Source: Macrostomum hystrix (taxonomy: Eukaryota > Animalia > Platyhelminthes). Taken from it: a stretch of DNA of 64,000 nucleotides. Both the position numbers and the translations under genes were made by a program. Below the pieces are notes generated by a model that made no database searches, was not told where the DNA came from, and saw nothing but the letters and a program-made list of their open reading frames with translations. Location: positions 18,414,001-18,478,000 of the forward strand of contig CATNEN010000038.1 in NCBI GenBank assembly GCA_950097015.1, written 5' to 3'. Positions 1 to 13,200 of this stretch are shown in pieces (the stretch's first letter is position 1; the number at the start of each line of letters is the position of its first letter).

Positions 1-985
1 GGTGTCTGCTGGCTGAGGGATCTGGTGTGAGTTGTGTCTGCTGGCTGAGGGATCTGGTGTGAGTGGTGTCTGCTGGCTGAAGGACCTGGTGTGAGTGGTG
101 TCTGCTGGCTGAGGGATCTGGTGTGAGTGGTGTCTGCTGGCTGAAGGACCTGGTGTGAGTGGTGTCTGCTGGCTGAAGGACCTGGTGTGAGTCGTGTCTG
201 CTGGCTGAGGGATCTGCTTGTGGTGTCTGCTGGCTGAGGGATCTGCTTGTGTTGTCTGCTGGCTGAGGGATCTGCTTGTGGTGTCTGCTGGCTGAGGGAT
301 CTGGTGTGAGTGGTGTCTGCTGGCTGAGGGATCTGGTGTGAGTGGTGTCTTCTGGCTGAGGGATCTGGTGTGAGTGGTGTCTGCTGGCTGAAGGACCTGG
401 TGTGAGTGGTGTCTGCTGGCTGAGGGATCCGGTGTGAGTGGTGTCTGCTGGCTGAAGGACCTGGTGTGAGTGGTGTCTGCTGGCTGAAGGACCTGGTGTG
501 AGTGGTGTCTGCTGGCTGAGGGATCTGCTTGTGGTGTCTGCTGGCTGAGGTATCATGTGTTAGTGGTGTCTGCTGTCTGAGGTATCTTGTGTGAGTGGTG
601 TCTGCTCGCTGAGGTATCATGTGTTAGTGGTGTCTGCTGTCTGAGGTATCTTGTGTGAGTGGTGTCTGCTCGCTGAGGTATCATGTGTTAGTGGTGTCTG
701 CTGTCTGAGGTATCTTGTGTGAGTGGTGTCTGCTGGCTGAGGTATCTTGTGTTAGTGGTGTCTGCTGGCTGAGGCTCTGGTGTGAGTGGTGTCTGCTGGC
801 TGAGGCTCTGGTGTGAGTGGTGTCTGCTGTCTGAGGCTCTGGTGTTAGTGGTGTCTGCTGGCTGAGGCTCTGGTGTGAGTGGTGTCTGCTGTCTGAGGCT
901 CTGGTGTTAGTGGTGTCTGCTGGCTGAGGCTCTGGTGTTAGTGGTGTCTGCTGGCTGAGGCTCTGGTGTGAATGGTGTGTGCTGG
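1..985. repeat. Minisatellite, about 28-32 bp unit (gagtggtgtctgctggctgagggatctggtgt)
   Basis: Tandem copies; runs off the window start. Confidence 0.95.
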
Positions 986-1069
986 CTGGCAATTTATCCT
1001 TTAAAGCCTTCGCTAAGTGTTGATTTCAGAAGATTAAGGTTATACTTTTATCATTTATTTTTGTCGAAG

Positions 1070-1297
1070 GTTCTTCTGTCTGGCACAATGGCACAGCCAA
1101 ACCACCTCTCGGCCTGTGGTCCTGGACCTGCTACAACCCGGCCAATGTCAACCAGACTTCAGTCCCGCCCAATGCCATTATCCAGCCTGCCGATGTATTC
1201 ACTTTGGCAATCTCTCGTTCGTTAATTGTTAACAGTTGTGAACTAAACAATGTTTCTGTTGGCGAAAATGTCATCGATGTCAACTTGAAATTGGCTT
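1070..1297 (+). CDS. Exon 1 in window (SSVWHNGTAKPPLGLWSWTC...VIDVNLKLA)
   Basis: tttttgtcgaAG acceptor, GTAAGT donor, open frame, phase 1-1; joins exon 2 as t|ac=Tyr. Confidence 0.75.
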
Positions 1298-4200
1298 GTA
1301 AGTTTTTTTGGCTTTCGCTGCTGAACGAATGCTATTTAGAAGGCTAATAGAAAATTATTGTTTATAATTTCTTTAGCATTTCTGAATATTCGCTCTTTTA
1401 AAGTATAGGCTATGTCTATGTGAATCTGATAAGTCTAAATTGACTGGCGTTTTGGCTACTTTATAGTAGGAGAGTGTCGATTCGAATCTAGGCTGTCTGT
1501 GTGTGTGTCTAAATTATGAGGGGTGTCTAACCCCGCCACTCACTGCTCTGCCTGTTGTATATTTATTACTTTTTATCAACAATCTGTGCCATTGTGTGTA
1601 TACACATCTCATTAGCCCTAATTCCTGTTCCCAGTGCTTTTGTGGAATTCTCCCCATTAAGGTTAGGTTGGCACTTAAATGACTTTTTTAGACTGTTCTG
1701 GTGATTTTAGGTATAAGAAATCAAATTAAAATTCTGAAGGTACGAGTAAATATACTTTAGAATCCATACACAAGTGTAAGGCAGCTGCTGCAGATCACCT
1801 TCTGAAAGACTGGGCCTCAGGTAGCGGATTGATTTATCTCAGTTAGCTGATACAATCCTGAAGTAATGGGTCTCAGGTAGCTGATACAATCCTGAAGTAA
1901 TGGGTCTCAGGTAGCTGATACAATCCTGAAGTAATGGTTCTCAGGTAGCTGATACAATCCTGAAGTACTGGTTCTCAGGTAGCTGATACAATCCTGAAGT
2001 ACTGGGTCTCAGGTAGCTGATGCAATCCTGAAGTAATGGGTCTCAGGTAGCTGATACAATCCTGAAGTACTGGGTCTCAGGTAGCTGATACAATCCTGAA
2101 GTAATGGGTCTCAGGTAGCTGATACAATCCTGAAGTACTGGGTCTCAGGTAGCTGATACAATCCTGAAGTACTGGTTCTCAGGTAGCTGATGCAATCCTG
2201 AAGTACTGGTTCTCAGGTAGCTGATACAATCCTGAAGTACTGGTTCTCAGGTAGCTGATACAATCCTGAAGTACTGGGTCTCAGGTAGCTGATACAATCC
2301 TGAAGTACTGGGTCTCAGGTAGCTGATACAATCCTGAAGTACTGGGTCTCAGGTAGCTGATGCAATCCTGAAGTAATGGGTCTCAGGTAGCTGATACAAT
2401 CCTGAAGTAATGGGTCTCAGGTTGCTGATACAATCCTGAAGTACTGGTTCTCAGGTAGCTGATACAATCCTGAAGTACTGGGTCTCAGGTAGCTGATGCA
2501 ATCCTGAAGTAATGGGTCTCAGGTAGCTGATGCAATCCTGAAGTACTGGTTCTCAGGTAGCTGATGCTATCCTGAAGTAATGGGTCTCAGGTAGCTGATA
2601 CAATCCTGAAGTACTGGGTCTCAGGTAGCTGATACAATCCTGAAGTACTGGGTCTCAGGTAGCTGATACAATCCTGAAGTACTGGGTCTCAGGTAGCTGA
2701 TGCAATCCTGAAGTAATGGGTCTCAGGTAGCTGATGCAATCCTGAAGTACTGGTTCTCAGGTAGCTGATGCAATCCTGAAGTAATGGGTCTCAGGTAGCT
2801 GATACAATCCTGAAGTACTGGGTCTCAGGTAGCTGATACAATCCTGAAGTACTGGGTCTCAGGTAGCTGATGCAATCCTGAAGTAATGGGTCTCAGGTAG
2901 CTGATGCAATCCTGAAGTACTGGTTCTCAGGTAGCTGATGCAATCCTGAAGTAATGGGTCTCAGGTAGCTGATACAATCCTGAAGTACTGGGTCTCAGGT
3001 AGCTGATGCAATCCTGAAGTACTGGTTCTCAGGTAGCTGATGCAATCCTGAAGTAATGGGTCTCAGGTAGCTGATACAATCCTGAAGTACTGGGTCTCAG
3101 GTAGCTGATACAATCCTGAAGTACTGGGTCTCAGGTAGCTGATACAATCCTGAAGTACTGGTTCTCAGGTAGCTGATACAATCCTGAAGTACTGGGTCTC
3201 AGGTAGCTGATACAATCCTGAAGTACTGGTTCTCAGGTAGCTGATACAATCCTGAAGTACTGGGTCTCAGGTAGCTGATACAATCCTGAAGTACTGGGTC
3301 TCAGGTAGCTGATACAATCCTGAAGTACTGGTTCTCAGGTAGCTGATACAATCCTGAAGTACTGGGTCTCAGGTAGCTGATGCAATCCTGAAGTAATGGG
3401 TCTCAGGTAGCTGATACAATCCTGAAGTAATGGGTCTCAGGTAGCTGATACAATCCTGAAGTAATGGGTCTCAGGTAGCTGATGCAATCCTGAAGTAATG
3501 GGTCTCAGGTAGCTGATGCAATCCTGAAGTAATGGGTCTCAGGTTGCTGATACAATCCTGAAGTACTGGGTCTCAGGTAGCTGATACAATCCTGAAGTAC
3601 TGGGTCTCAGGTAGCTGATGCAATCCTGAAGTAATGGGTCTCAGGTAGCTGATACAATCCTGAAGTAATGGGTCTCAGGTAGCTGATACAATCCTGAAGT
3701 ACTGGTTCTCAGGTAGCTGATACAATCCTGAAGTACTGGGTCTCAGGTAGCTGATACAATCCTGAAGTACTGGGTCTCAGGTAGCTGATACAATCCTGAA
3801 GTACTGGTTCTCAGGTAGCTGATACAATCCTGAAGTACTGGGTCTCAGGTAGCTGATGCAATCCTGAAGTAATGGGTCTCAGGTAGCTGATGCAATCCTG
3901 AAGTAATGGGTCTCAGGTAGCTGATACAATCCTGAAGTACTGGTTCTCAGTTAGCTGATACAATCCTGAAGTAATGGGTCTCAGGTAGCTGATGCAATCC
4001 TGAAGTAATGGGTCTCAGGTTGCTGATACAATCCTGAAGTACTGGGTCTCAGGTAGCTGATACAATCCTGAAGTACTGGGTCTCAGGTAGCTGATGCAAT
4101 CCTGAAGTAATGGGTCTCAGTTAGCTGATACAATCCTGAAGTAATGGGTCTCAGGTAGCTGATACAATCCTGAAGTACTGGGTCTCAGTTAGCTGATACA

Positions 4201-7200
4201 ATCCTGAAGTAATGGGTCTCAGGTAGCTGATGCAATCCTGAAGTAATGGGTCTCAGGTAGCTGATACAATCCTGAAGTAATGGGTCTCAGGTAGCTGATA
4301 CAATCCTGAAGTACTGGGTCTCAGGTAGCTGATGCAATCCTGAAGTACTGGGTCTCAGTTAGCTGATACAATCCTGAAGTAATGGGTCTCAGGTAGCTGA
4401 TGCAATCCTGAAGTAATGGGTCTCAGGTAGCTGATACAATCCTGAAGTAATGGGTCTCAGGTAGCTGATACAATCCTGAAGTACTGGGTCTCAGGTAGCT
4501 GATACAATCCTGAAGTACTGGGTCTCAGGTAGCTGATACAATCCTGAAGTAATGGGTCTCAGGTAGCTGATACAATCCTGAAGTACTGGGTCTCAGGTAG
4601 CTGATACAATCCTGAAGTACTGGTTCTCAGGTAGCTGATACAATCCTGAAGTACTGGTTCTCAGGTAGCTGATACAATCCTGAAGTACTGGTTCTCAGGT
4701 AGCTGATACAATCCTGAAGTACTGGTTCTCAGGTAGCTGATACAATCCTGAAGTACTGGTTCTCAGGTAGCTGATACAATCCTGAAGTACTGGTTCTCAG
4801 GTAGCTGATACAATCCTGAAGTACTGGTTCTCAGGTAGCTGATACAATCCTGAAGTACTGGGTCTCAGGTAGCTGATACAATCCTGAAGTACTGGGTCTC
4901 AGGTAGCTGATGCAATCCTGAAGTACTGGGTCTCAGTTAGCTGATACAATCCTGAAGTAATGGGTCTCAGGTAGCTGATGCAATCCTGAAGTAATGGGTC
5001 TCAGGTAGCTGATACAATCCTGAAGTAATGGGTCTCAGGTAGCTGATACAATCCTGAAGTACTGGTTCTCAGGTAGCTGATACAATCCTGAAGTACTGGG
5101 TCTCAGGTAGCTGATACAATCCTGAAGTACTGGGTCTCTGTAAATTCAAATAAATAACATTCTAAAAGGTTTATTGGTGTGTCGCTCTATTTAAATTACT
5201 ATGACAATGACTAACACTAAACTGTTAAGTGGTATGGTAATAATAATAGCAGGCATTTTTCTTTTCTTTAACCTGGCGCAGACTCGGTGGAAAATTCAGC
5301 GCAGAGTGGCCGCGGAACTCATCAAATAATCATAGCTGGCGCAGATATCGCGGCGGCGCCCTTTGTCGCGTCGGGTCGCTTTGATGTTCATATCAAAGCC
5401 GCCAGCAATGAATGGGCCAGTCTAAGGCTCATTAGCGCAGCCCAATTAACGGTTTCGTCTGTCAACTTCACCTGGGAGTTAACTTGCAAATATTCTGATT
5501 GTCAAGTCGAGTGCAACTATAGCAGCATAGACGCTGATGGCGTTGTCAATGCAACCCGACTTCATCATGGTCTAATGGACGGCGTTGTTAAGTGAGTTAA
5601 TTGAATAAATTATATTTTAGTTCGTTTCTTATGAGATAACTGGTAACTACCACCTAGTTTACTAGATTCCCTAGTTTAATAGATTCCCTAGTTTACTAGA
5701 TTCCCTAGTTTACTAGATTCCCTAGTTTACTAGATTCCCTAGTTTACTAGATTCCCTAGTTTAATAGATTCCCTAGTTTACTAGATTCCCTAGTTTACTA
5801 GATTCTCTAGTTAAACTAGATTCCCTAGTTAACTAGATTCCCTAGTTTACTAGATTCCCTAGTTTACTAGATTCCCTAGTTTAATAGATTCCCTAGTTTA
5901 CTAGATTCCCTAGTTTACTAGATTCCCTAGTTTAATAGATTCCCTAGTTTACTAGATTCCCTAGTTTACTAGATTCTCTAGTTAAACTAGATTCCCTAGT
6001 TAACTAGATTCCCTAGTTTACTAGATTCCCTAGTTTACTAGATTCCCTAGTTTACTAGATTTCCTAGTTTACTAGATTCCCTAGTGTCCTAGATTCCCTA
6101 GTTAAACTAGAATCCCTAGTGTCCTAGATTCCCTAGTGTCCTAGATTCCCTAGTGTCCTAGATTCCCTAGTGTCCTAGATTCCCTAGTGTCCTAGATTCT
6201 CTAGTGCCCTATATTCCCTAGTGTCCTAGATTCCCTAGTTTCCTATATTCCCTAGTTTACTAGATTCCCTAGTTTCCTATATTCCCTAGTGTCCTAGATT
6301 CCCTAGTGTCCTAGATTCTCTAGTGCCCTATATTCCCTAGTGTCCTAGATTCCCTAGTTTCCTATATTCCCTAGTTTACTAGATTCCCTAGTTTCCTATA
6401 TTCCCTAGTTTACTAGATTCCCTAGTTTCCTATATTCCCTAGTGTCCTAGATTCCCTAGTGTCCTAGATTCCCTAGTTAAACTAGATTCCTTAGTTTACT
6501 AGATTCCTAGTTTCCTATATTCCCTAGTTTACTTACTTTACCGTGTCTCTAGATTGTCCGCCCTATATGTAACTTTTAGGCCTTTCAATACTACGTACTC
6601 ATGCAGTATTAAAACTTAAGGCTTTTGGCTAGACTTTAGAACACTGATAAAGTAGATTTCTTTCTGTTGAGTCTTAGCGGCTTAAAAGCTGATAAAAATC
6701 CGCTTTGTTCCGTTATTTGCCAATAAACTATTTGTTTCAAGCAAACACAGGAGTGTGTGTGTGTGTGAGTCTGCACTTTTTTATACTGGTGAGGATTTCT
6801 AGAAAAATCTATGACAGCCAAGCCTTTTGGTTTTGGAATAACTAATGAACTACTAGTACGTATGAACTAAAAAATGGTTAAAATAGTTTTAGCAACCTGT
6901 GCTGCTTGCTATAAAGAAACGAATTTAAGAAAAGTAAATTATGTCGAAGGCGGTGGATGGAAGGAAAAAAGTGTGACTGCTCTGAACAAAAACTAGTTAT
7001 CGATTTCCTCTCCTTAGGCAAATAATGGACTATATACGACTTGTATATGTTAGTTGAGTTTACTCATACTCGTAGCAACAAAATTGTGTTGGCGTTCGGG
7101 TAGTTTAGAACTAATCTAAAAATAAAACTAATCAAAAACGGGTAGTTTCGTTTTAAGTTCAACTTCCTCGGGTAGTTTAAAAATTGAACAATTCAAATAT

Positions 7201-10200
7201 TTCCCCAAAAAACTTGTGGTATATTTTGAGATGGACTTTAAACAGTAATAATAATAATAGAAATAATAATTTGACACTAGACCCAAGGGCCAGTGCAGGT
7301 GTTGTGTCATGTACACTAGCAGGTGGGGACTGCACACCTATTGTACTCCCCGGCTCTCTCGGACACCGGTTGACAGCCGCATGTCAGCAATGGAATTTAT
7401 TTTTTCCAAACATATCGGCAGCATCCGAACCCCACAGAATTGCCGCACAGAACTGCTTTACTCCACGCCAGCCGGAATTATTATTGCCCGACGAAATGTC
7501 GGTACTCATTTGCAGCTGAGTAGACTGTGTGCACATCAGGGCAAAGCAGCTTGCCAAGGGCTGCACGAATAGTTCTAGACTAGGTCGGGAGTCGAACCCA
7601 GGACTATCTGATCCAGAGTCCGACACCTTACTGACTGAGCTATCCGCCCTTAAACAGTAGTTACAATTATCGGCAAGCCTATATGTATCGAAAAGCTTTT
7701 GTGTATGTATCTGCAATTTATTGAGTACTCGCCGCGCAGGTTTAAGGTCTGCATTGGATAACTAACTACAGTCACGATTTGCGAACTAATAGATAGGACT
7801 GTACATTAATAGGCTGTACAGTCCATGGACTGGGGAGACGCCGCAGCCACCCTCAATTGCCCCAGCCAATGCTGGTACCTATTAAACAGCTGGGTCAACT
7901 GAAGCGAGTTAAGTTTCTTGCTAAAGGGCACAAATTCTTCGGGAATCGAACCACCGACCTACAAGTTGGGAGTCCGACGCTCTAACCGCATAGCTACAAG
8001 CCCTAGTGCTACACTAGAGGTACATAAAATATATGAGGCTACGGGGCGTGGCGATGCAGGCTGATTGATGTAGATTTTATTTGCAGCCTGTCTTTTCAAA
8101 ATCGAGGGTCAACTCAGCAGCGTGAGCGACGGCTGCAGCAGCAGCAGCAGCAGCTGTCTCTAATTTATGAAATTGACACCAGTAGGTGAGGCGGGTTCGC
8201 AGCTTTCCAGATTCTCAGCTCTCAGCTGTCTCCTATCCACCTTGGCAGCTGGCTTTATTTTAATCTAGCTCCTCATTTTTCTCATAAGGAGGCTGCTTTA
8301 ATAAAACAGGCTGCTATGCATGTGCTCTCAAAGTCCCTCGTTCTCTCTTTTTTTAGCGAAAAGATTTCATTTTCGACTCGCTGCTTGCATCTTGCTTATC
8401 GAAATCATTCAATATTCATGCTGAGCAGCTTTTTTTCTTATCTTCCAAATCTTCTGCAGACTAGTTTGGCCTTGCAAGCATTATTCAATGGGAATCTTTG
8501 TAGAAATAAACCATGCCTGCCTACTATCTTCCAAGGTCTCTCCATTTCGCTTCTTCTTCTCGATCCACTTTTCCTCTTCTTCCCTTCTCCCACTCAACAT
8601 CCTCTCCCCCTCCTCTTCACTTCTCCCCCTCCATTCTCTCCCCCTCTTCTTCACTTCTCCCCCTCAACCCTCTCCCTTTCTTCTTTACTTCTCCCCCTGC
8701 ATCCTCTCCCCCTTTTCTTCACTTCTGCCTCTCCATTCTCTCCCTTCTTCTACGCTTCTCCCCCTGCATCCTCTCTCCCTCTCCTCCCCTTCTCCCCCGC
8801 CATCCTCTCCTCCATCTCCTTCCCTTCTCCCCTTCTTTCTTTCTCCCTTTCCATTCTCTCTCCCTCTCCCTCCTCACCCATCCTCCCTCTTTCGCTCCTC
8901 TTTCCTTTTTCCTTACGACCTAATTTAAGACAAATAGGATTAAGCAAACATACTCGAACCATACAATTTTCGATACATATCGGATAGTTGTTAAAAGTGT
9001 CCGCGCGTATGTATTTTCAGAAGGCTATCTTCAATTTGGCTTAATATAAGCAGTTCGCAGCCTGACTACATTCGATGCAACGCCACCGCTAGGGCTTCCA
9101 GTGTCAAACTCTCACTGCCTTTAACATCAGGATTGCTAGCCTATGCCAGGATGTTCAAGATGCAGAATTGCCCACCGCGACCTCCGTTTGAGCCACTGCC
9201 CGATTCTGCTGTGCGATGCGACCAGTTTTTAGAAAATAACACTGATACGGAGAGATCATTTGCCACGTAAGTATTTTTTCATGCTATTAAAGTATTGTTG
9301 AAGGTTGGAGGACCATTCTAATGGTTGGAGGACCATTCTAATGGTTAAAGGACCATTCTAATGGTTAAAGAACCATTCTAGTGGTTGAAGGACCATTCTA
9401 GTGTTTGGAGGACCATTCTAATGGTTAAAGGACCATTCTAGTGTTTGGAGGACCATTCTAATGGTTAAAGGACCATTCTAGTGTTTGGAGGACCATTCTA
9501 ATGGTTAAAGGACCATTCTAGTGTTTGGAGGACCATTCTAATGGTTAAAGGACCATTCTAGTGTTTGGAGGACCATTCTAATGGTTAATGGACCATTCTA
9601 ATGGTTAAAGGACCATTCTAGTGGTTGAAGGACCATTCTAGTGGTTGGAGGACCAATCTGGTGGTTGGAGGACCATTCTAGTGTTTGGAGGACCATTCTA
9701 GTGGTTAAAGGACCATTCTAGTGGTTGGAGGACCAATCTGGTGTTTGGAGGACCATTCTAATGGTTAAAGGACCATTCTAGTGGTTAAAAAACCATTCTA
9801 GTGGTTGGAGGACCATTCTAGTGTTTGGAGGACCATTCTAATGGTTAAAGGACCATTCTAATGGTTAAAGGACCATTCTAGTGGTTGGAGGATCAATCTG
9901 GTTGGAGGACCAATCTGGTGGTTGGAGGACCAATCTGGTGGTTGGAGGACCAATCTAATGCTTTGAGAACCATTGGAGTTGGAGGAATGAGCATTCTAAT
10001 ATTTGTTGAAAGATTTTAATAGTGTGTAGAACACTCTAATCATGTGAGGACCATCATAGTTGAAGTGTCATTGTAATGGTTTTACAAGCATTTGCAAAAT
10101 TTTAAATATAGTTTGTGGTGCTATACGAGCGTATTGTACTAAGGATCCTAACATTTCTGCGCGTATTTTGATAGAACATTGTTTTTCTGTAAAATATCAT

Positions 10201-13200
10201 TTTTTAAGAACTGAGTCTTTTTAAGCTGAGTTTGTTTTTGGTTTTCAAGTATAAAAGATGAGATTGGTACAGTTTGAAATCAGTTCATGTCTGCGTTCAA
10301 CTGGTCGGCATAGCATAAGGCATTCAGTTATCCTATGGTCTGGTTTTCCTATTTTTTTAATGTCAGTTACCCTGGGACTAAACAGGCAAACATGGCCATG
10401 ACAATGGAATGGCTGATAGTGAAACAATGGCATTGAATTCCGTCCGATGCTTCTGCATCCATATCCGTCAGAAACTGCTCCTCCAGGGCACGGTTGAGCA
10501 GCAAACAGAAAATTTGTGATAAAAAGCGCTCAGATGGGGAAAAGACTAAAACTATATGCGATGCCTTGAAAGAAAATGGTTCTATTTTTTTACGAGAACA
10601 GAATTTGTGCCAGAAAATGATGGCTCCAGGGCAAAAGCATTCAGGACTTGAGTACTGAACGACACTCAAGCAGTGAATTTGAACATTGTAGAGTAAACAC
10701 TCTAAATGCCATTCTCTGCCCACCTTGGCACTTAAGTCTTTTTCGAATTTTGTACTATTACGAGCTTATTTTTTAAGGTTTAACAAGCATCTTTTTAAGT
10801 AACTCTAAATTGTTGAAGTGAAATATATTTCTCACCCGAGTTCCTGTTTTCGGCAGATTCTCGCTAAGTCCTAGCTCTTTTTAGCTATTAAAATGGCCCT
10901 TTAGGCTTTTTATAGGCCCCTTCAACCATTAAAGTGGTCCTCCAATCATTAAAGTGGTCCTCAAATCATTAAAGTGGTCCTTCAATGATTAAAGTGGTCC
11001 TTCAACCATTAGAATGGTCTTTAAACTATTAGAGTGGTCCTCCAACCACTAGAATGGTCCTTCAACCACTAGAGTGGTCCTTTAACTATTAGAGTGGTCC
11101 TTCATCCATTAAATTGGTCCTTCATCCATTAAATTGGTCCTTCATCCATTAAATAGGTCCTTCATCCATTAAATTGGTCCTTCATCCATTAAATTGGTCC
11201 TTCATCCATTAAATTGGTCCTTCATCCATTAATGTGGTCCTTCATCCATTATATTGGTCCTTCATTCATTAAAGTGGTCCTTCATCCATTAATGTGGTCC
11301 TTCATCCATTAAATTGGTCCTTCATCCATTAGAGTGGCCCTTCATCCATTAGAGTGGCTAGAGATATTTATAGAACTGTTCTCATAAAAATTCATGAGTC
11401 AAAGTGCTTATTTCTACATTAAATTATTTGTTGCAGAACGCCGTTCACAGTTGTGACCCTGCAACAGCCAGCAGTCAGTAGTGTCAATCAATCAGGAGGC
11501 GTCAATATGGGCTGCACTTCAGCTATTAGCAGCGATAATCTGGTTTGGCTTCTACGGTTGTCTAGCTATACGGAGACTGCGTTTGGAACCTACATCTATT
11601 CCAAATCGGTGAGAGAGCCACGCAACATAATTATGCCTTTTTCGATACATATCGGCTAATCTTTCATGCAACCCACGTTTAGAGGTGTAACAAGCATACA
11701 AACATAATATATTGAGTATATTTGGATTACAGCCCTTCAAAATGTTTATTTCGATTTCTAAAGCTAGGTTTTTTTCAAACCAACTAAGGTTTTAAAGGTT
11801 GTTTAACTTTTAATTTAACATTCAATTAGGCTTAGAAATTTTTCAAGTGCCATTTTATACAGAAAAGTTTTTTACCCATTTTCTCACCTGCATTAAAAAA
11901 TAGGAATTTTTTAGGAAACCATAGCCATTACGATGGAGAACTGTTATGTAACCAGTTCGCAAACTGAACTGGCTCGGGTTATTACGTAACAATTTGTTAA
12001 CATATAATTTTATGCGTCATTTACAGAGACTGTCCATAAATTATGATTTTTATACTGATTTCTCGGAATAAAACTGTTATTATGATTATAGGTAAACAAA
12101 TTAGGAAATTAACCTCAGAATATGGACATCGTGGGGTCAGTCCTCAAATCTCTAGACTCATTGTCGGGTGAGTTCTCACATCCTTAGACTCAATGTAGAG
12201 TGAGTTCACAGATCCCTAGACTCTTTGTGGGTGAGTTCACAGATCCCTAGACTCATTGTGGGTGAGTTCACAGATCCCTAGACTCATTGTGGGGTGAGTT
12301 CTCAGATCCCTCGACTCATTGTGGGGTGAGTTCTCAGATCCCTCGACTTACTGTGTGTGAGTTCTCAGATCCCTAGACTCATTGTGGGGTGAGTTTTCAG
12401 ATCCCTAGACTTACTGTGTGTGAGTTCTCAGATCCCTAGACTCATTGTGGGGTGAGTTTTCAGATCCCTCGACTTACTGTGTGTGAGTTCTCAGATCCCT
12501 AGACTCATTGTGGGGTGAGTTTTCAGATCCCTAGACTTACTGTGTGTGAGTTCTCAGATCCCTAGACTCATTGTGGGGTGAGTTTTCAGATCCCTCGACT
12601 TACTGTGTGTGAGTTCTCAGATCCCTAGACTCATTGTGGGGTGAGTTCTCAGATCCCTAGACTTACTGTGTGTGAGTTCTCAGATCCCTAGACTCATTGT
12701 GGGGTGAGTTCTTAGATCCCTAGACTCATTGTGTGGTGAGTTCACAGATCCCTAGACTCATTGTGTGTGAGTTCTCAGATCCCTAGACTCATTGTGGGGT
12801 GAGTTCTCAGATCCCTAGACTCATTGTGTTTGAGTTCTCAGATCCCTAGACTCATTGTGGGGTGAGTTCTCAGATCCCTAGACTCATTGTGTGTGAGTTC
12901 TCACATCTCTAGACTTAGCGTGAGTCCAGTGAGTCTTAATCATGTTAGTCAGGCGCCGGCGCTTGTAATAAAGCAGCCTATAGAAAGAAAGTAACATCAG
13001 AAAGCACATGCCATAGCCCTACACAAAAGAGCTTTTCGGATTGAAAATCCTGTTTGCAATAAAGAAGTGCTTCGCTAAATTTCCTGTGATTTTTTCTCAA
13101 CTTCCGGCGGCCGGCCTCAGGTCTAAAGCTATAAGACGCTTATCGAAAGCCAAATGGTCTCTTTCTGACCCTTATTTGCACTGTTCCCTGCTCAACTATA

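Noticed and set aside
7575-7649. tRNA genes here and at 7940, 13686, 18201, 25343, 51845
   Set aside because: A/B boxes are present but continue into dispersed repeat bodies with tails or TSDs, so these are SINE heads
8121-8127. Alternative exon 3 donor c|gtgagc
   Set aside because: Phase 1 is incompatible with exon 4; AG|GTGAGG at 8186 fits
10245-10723. ORFs between the inverted arrays as a transposase
   Set aside because: Short, no catalytic motif recognised; needs a BLAST search
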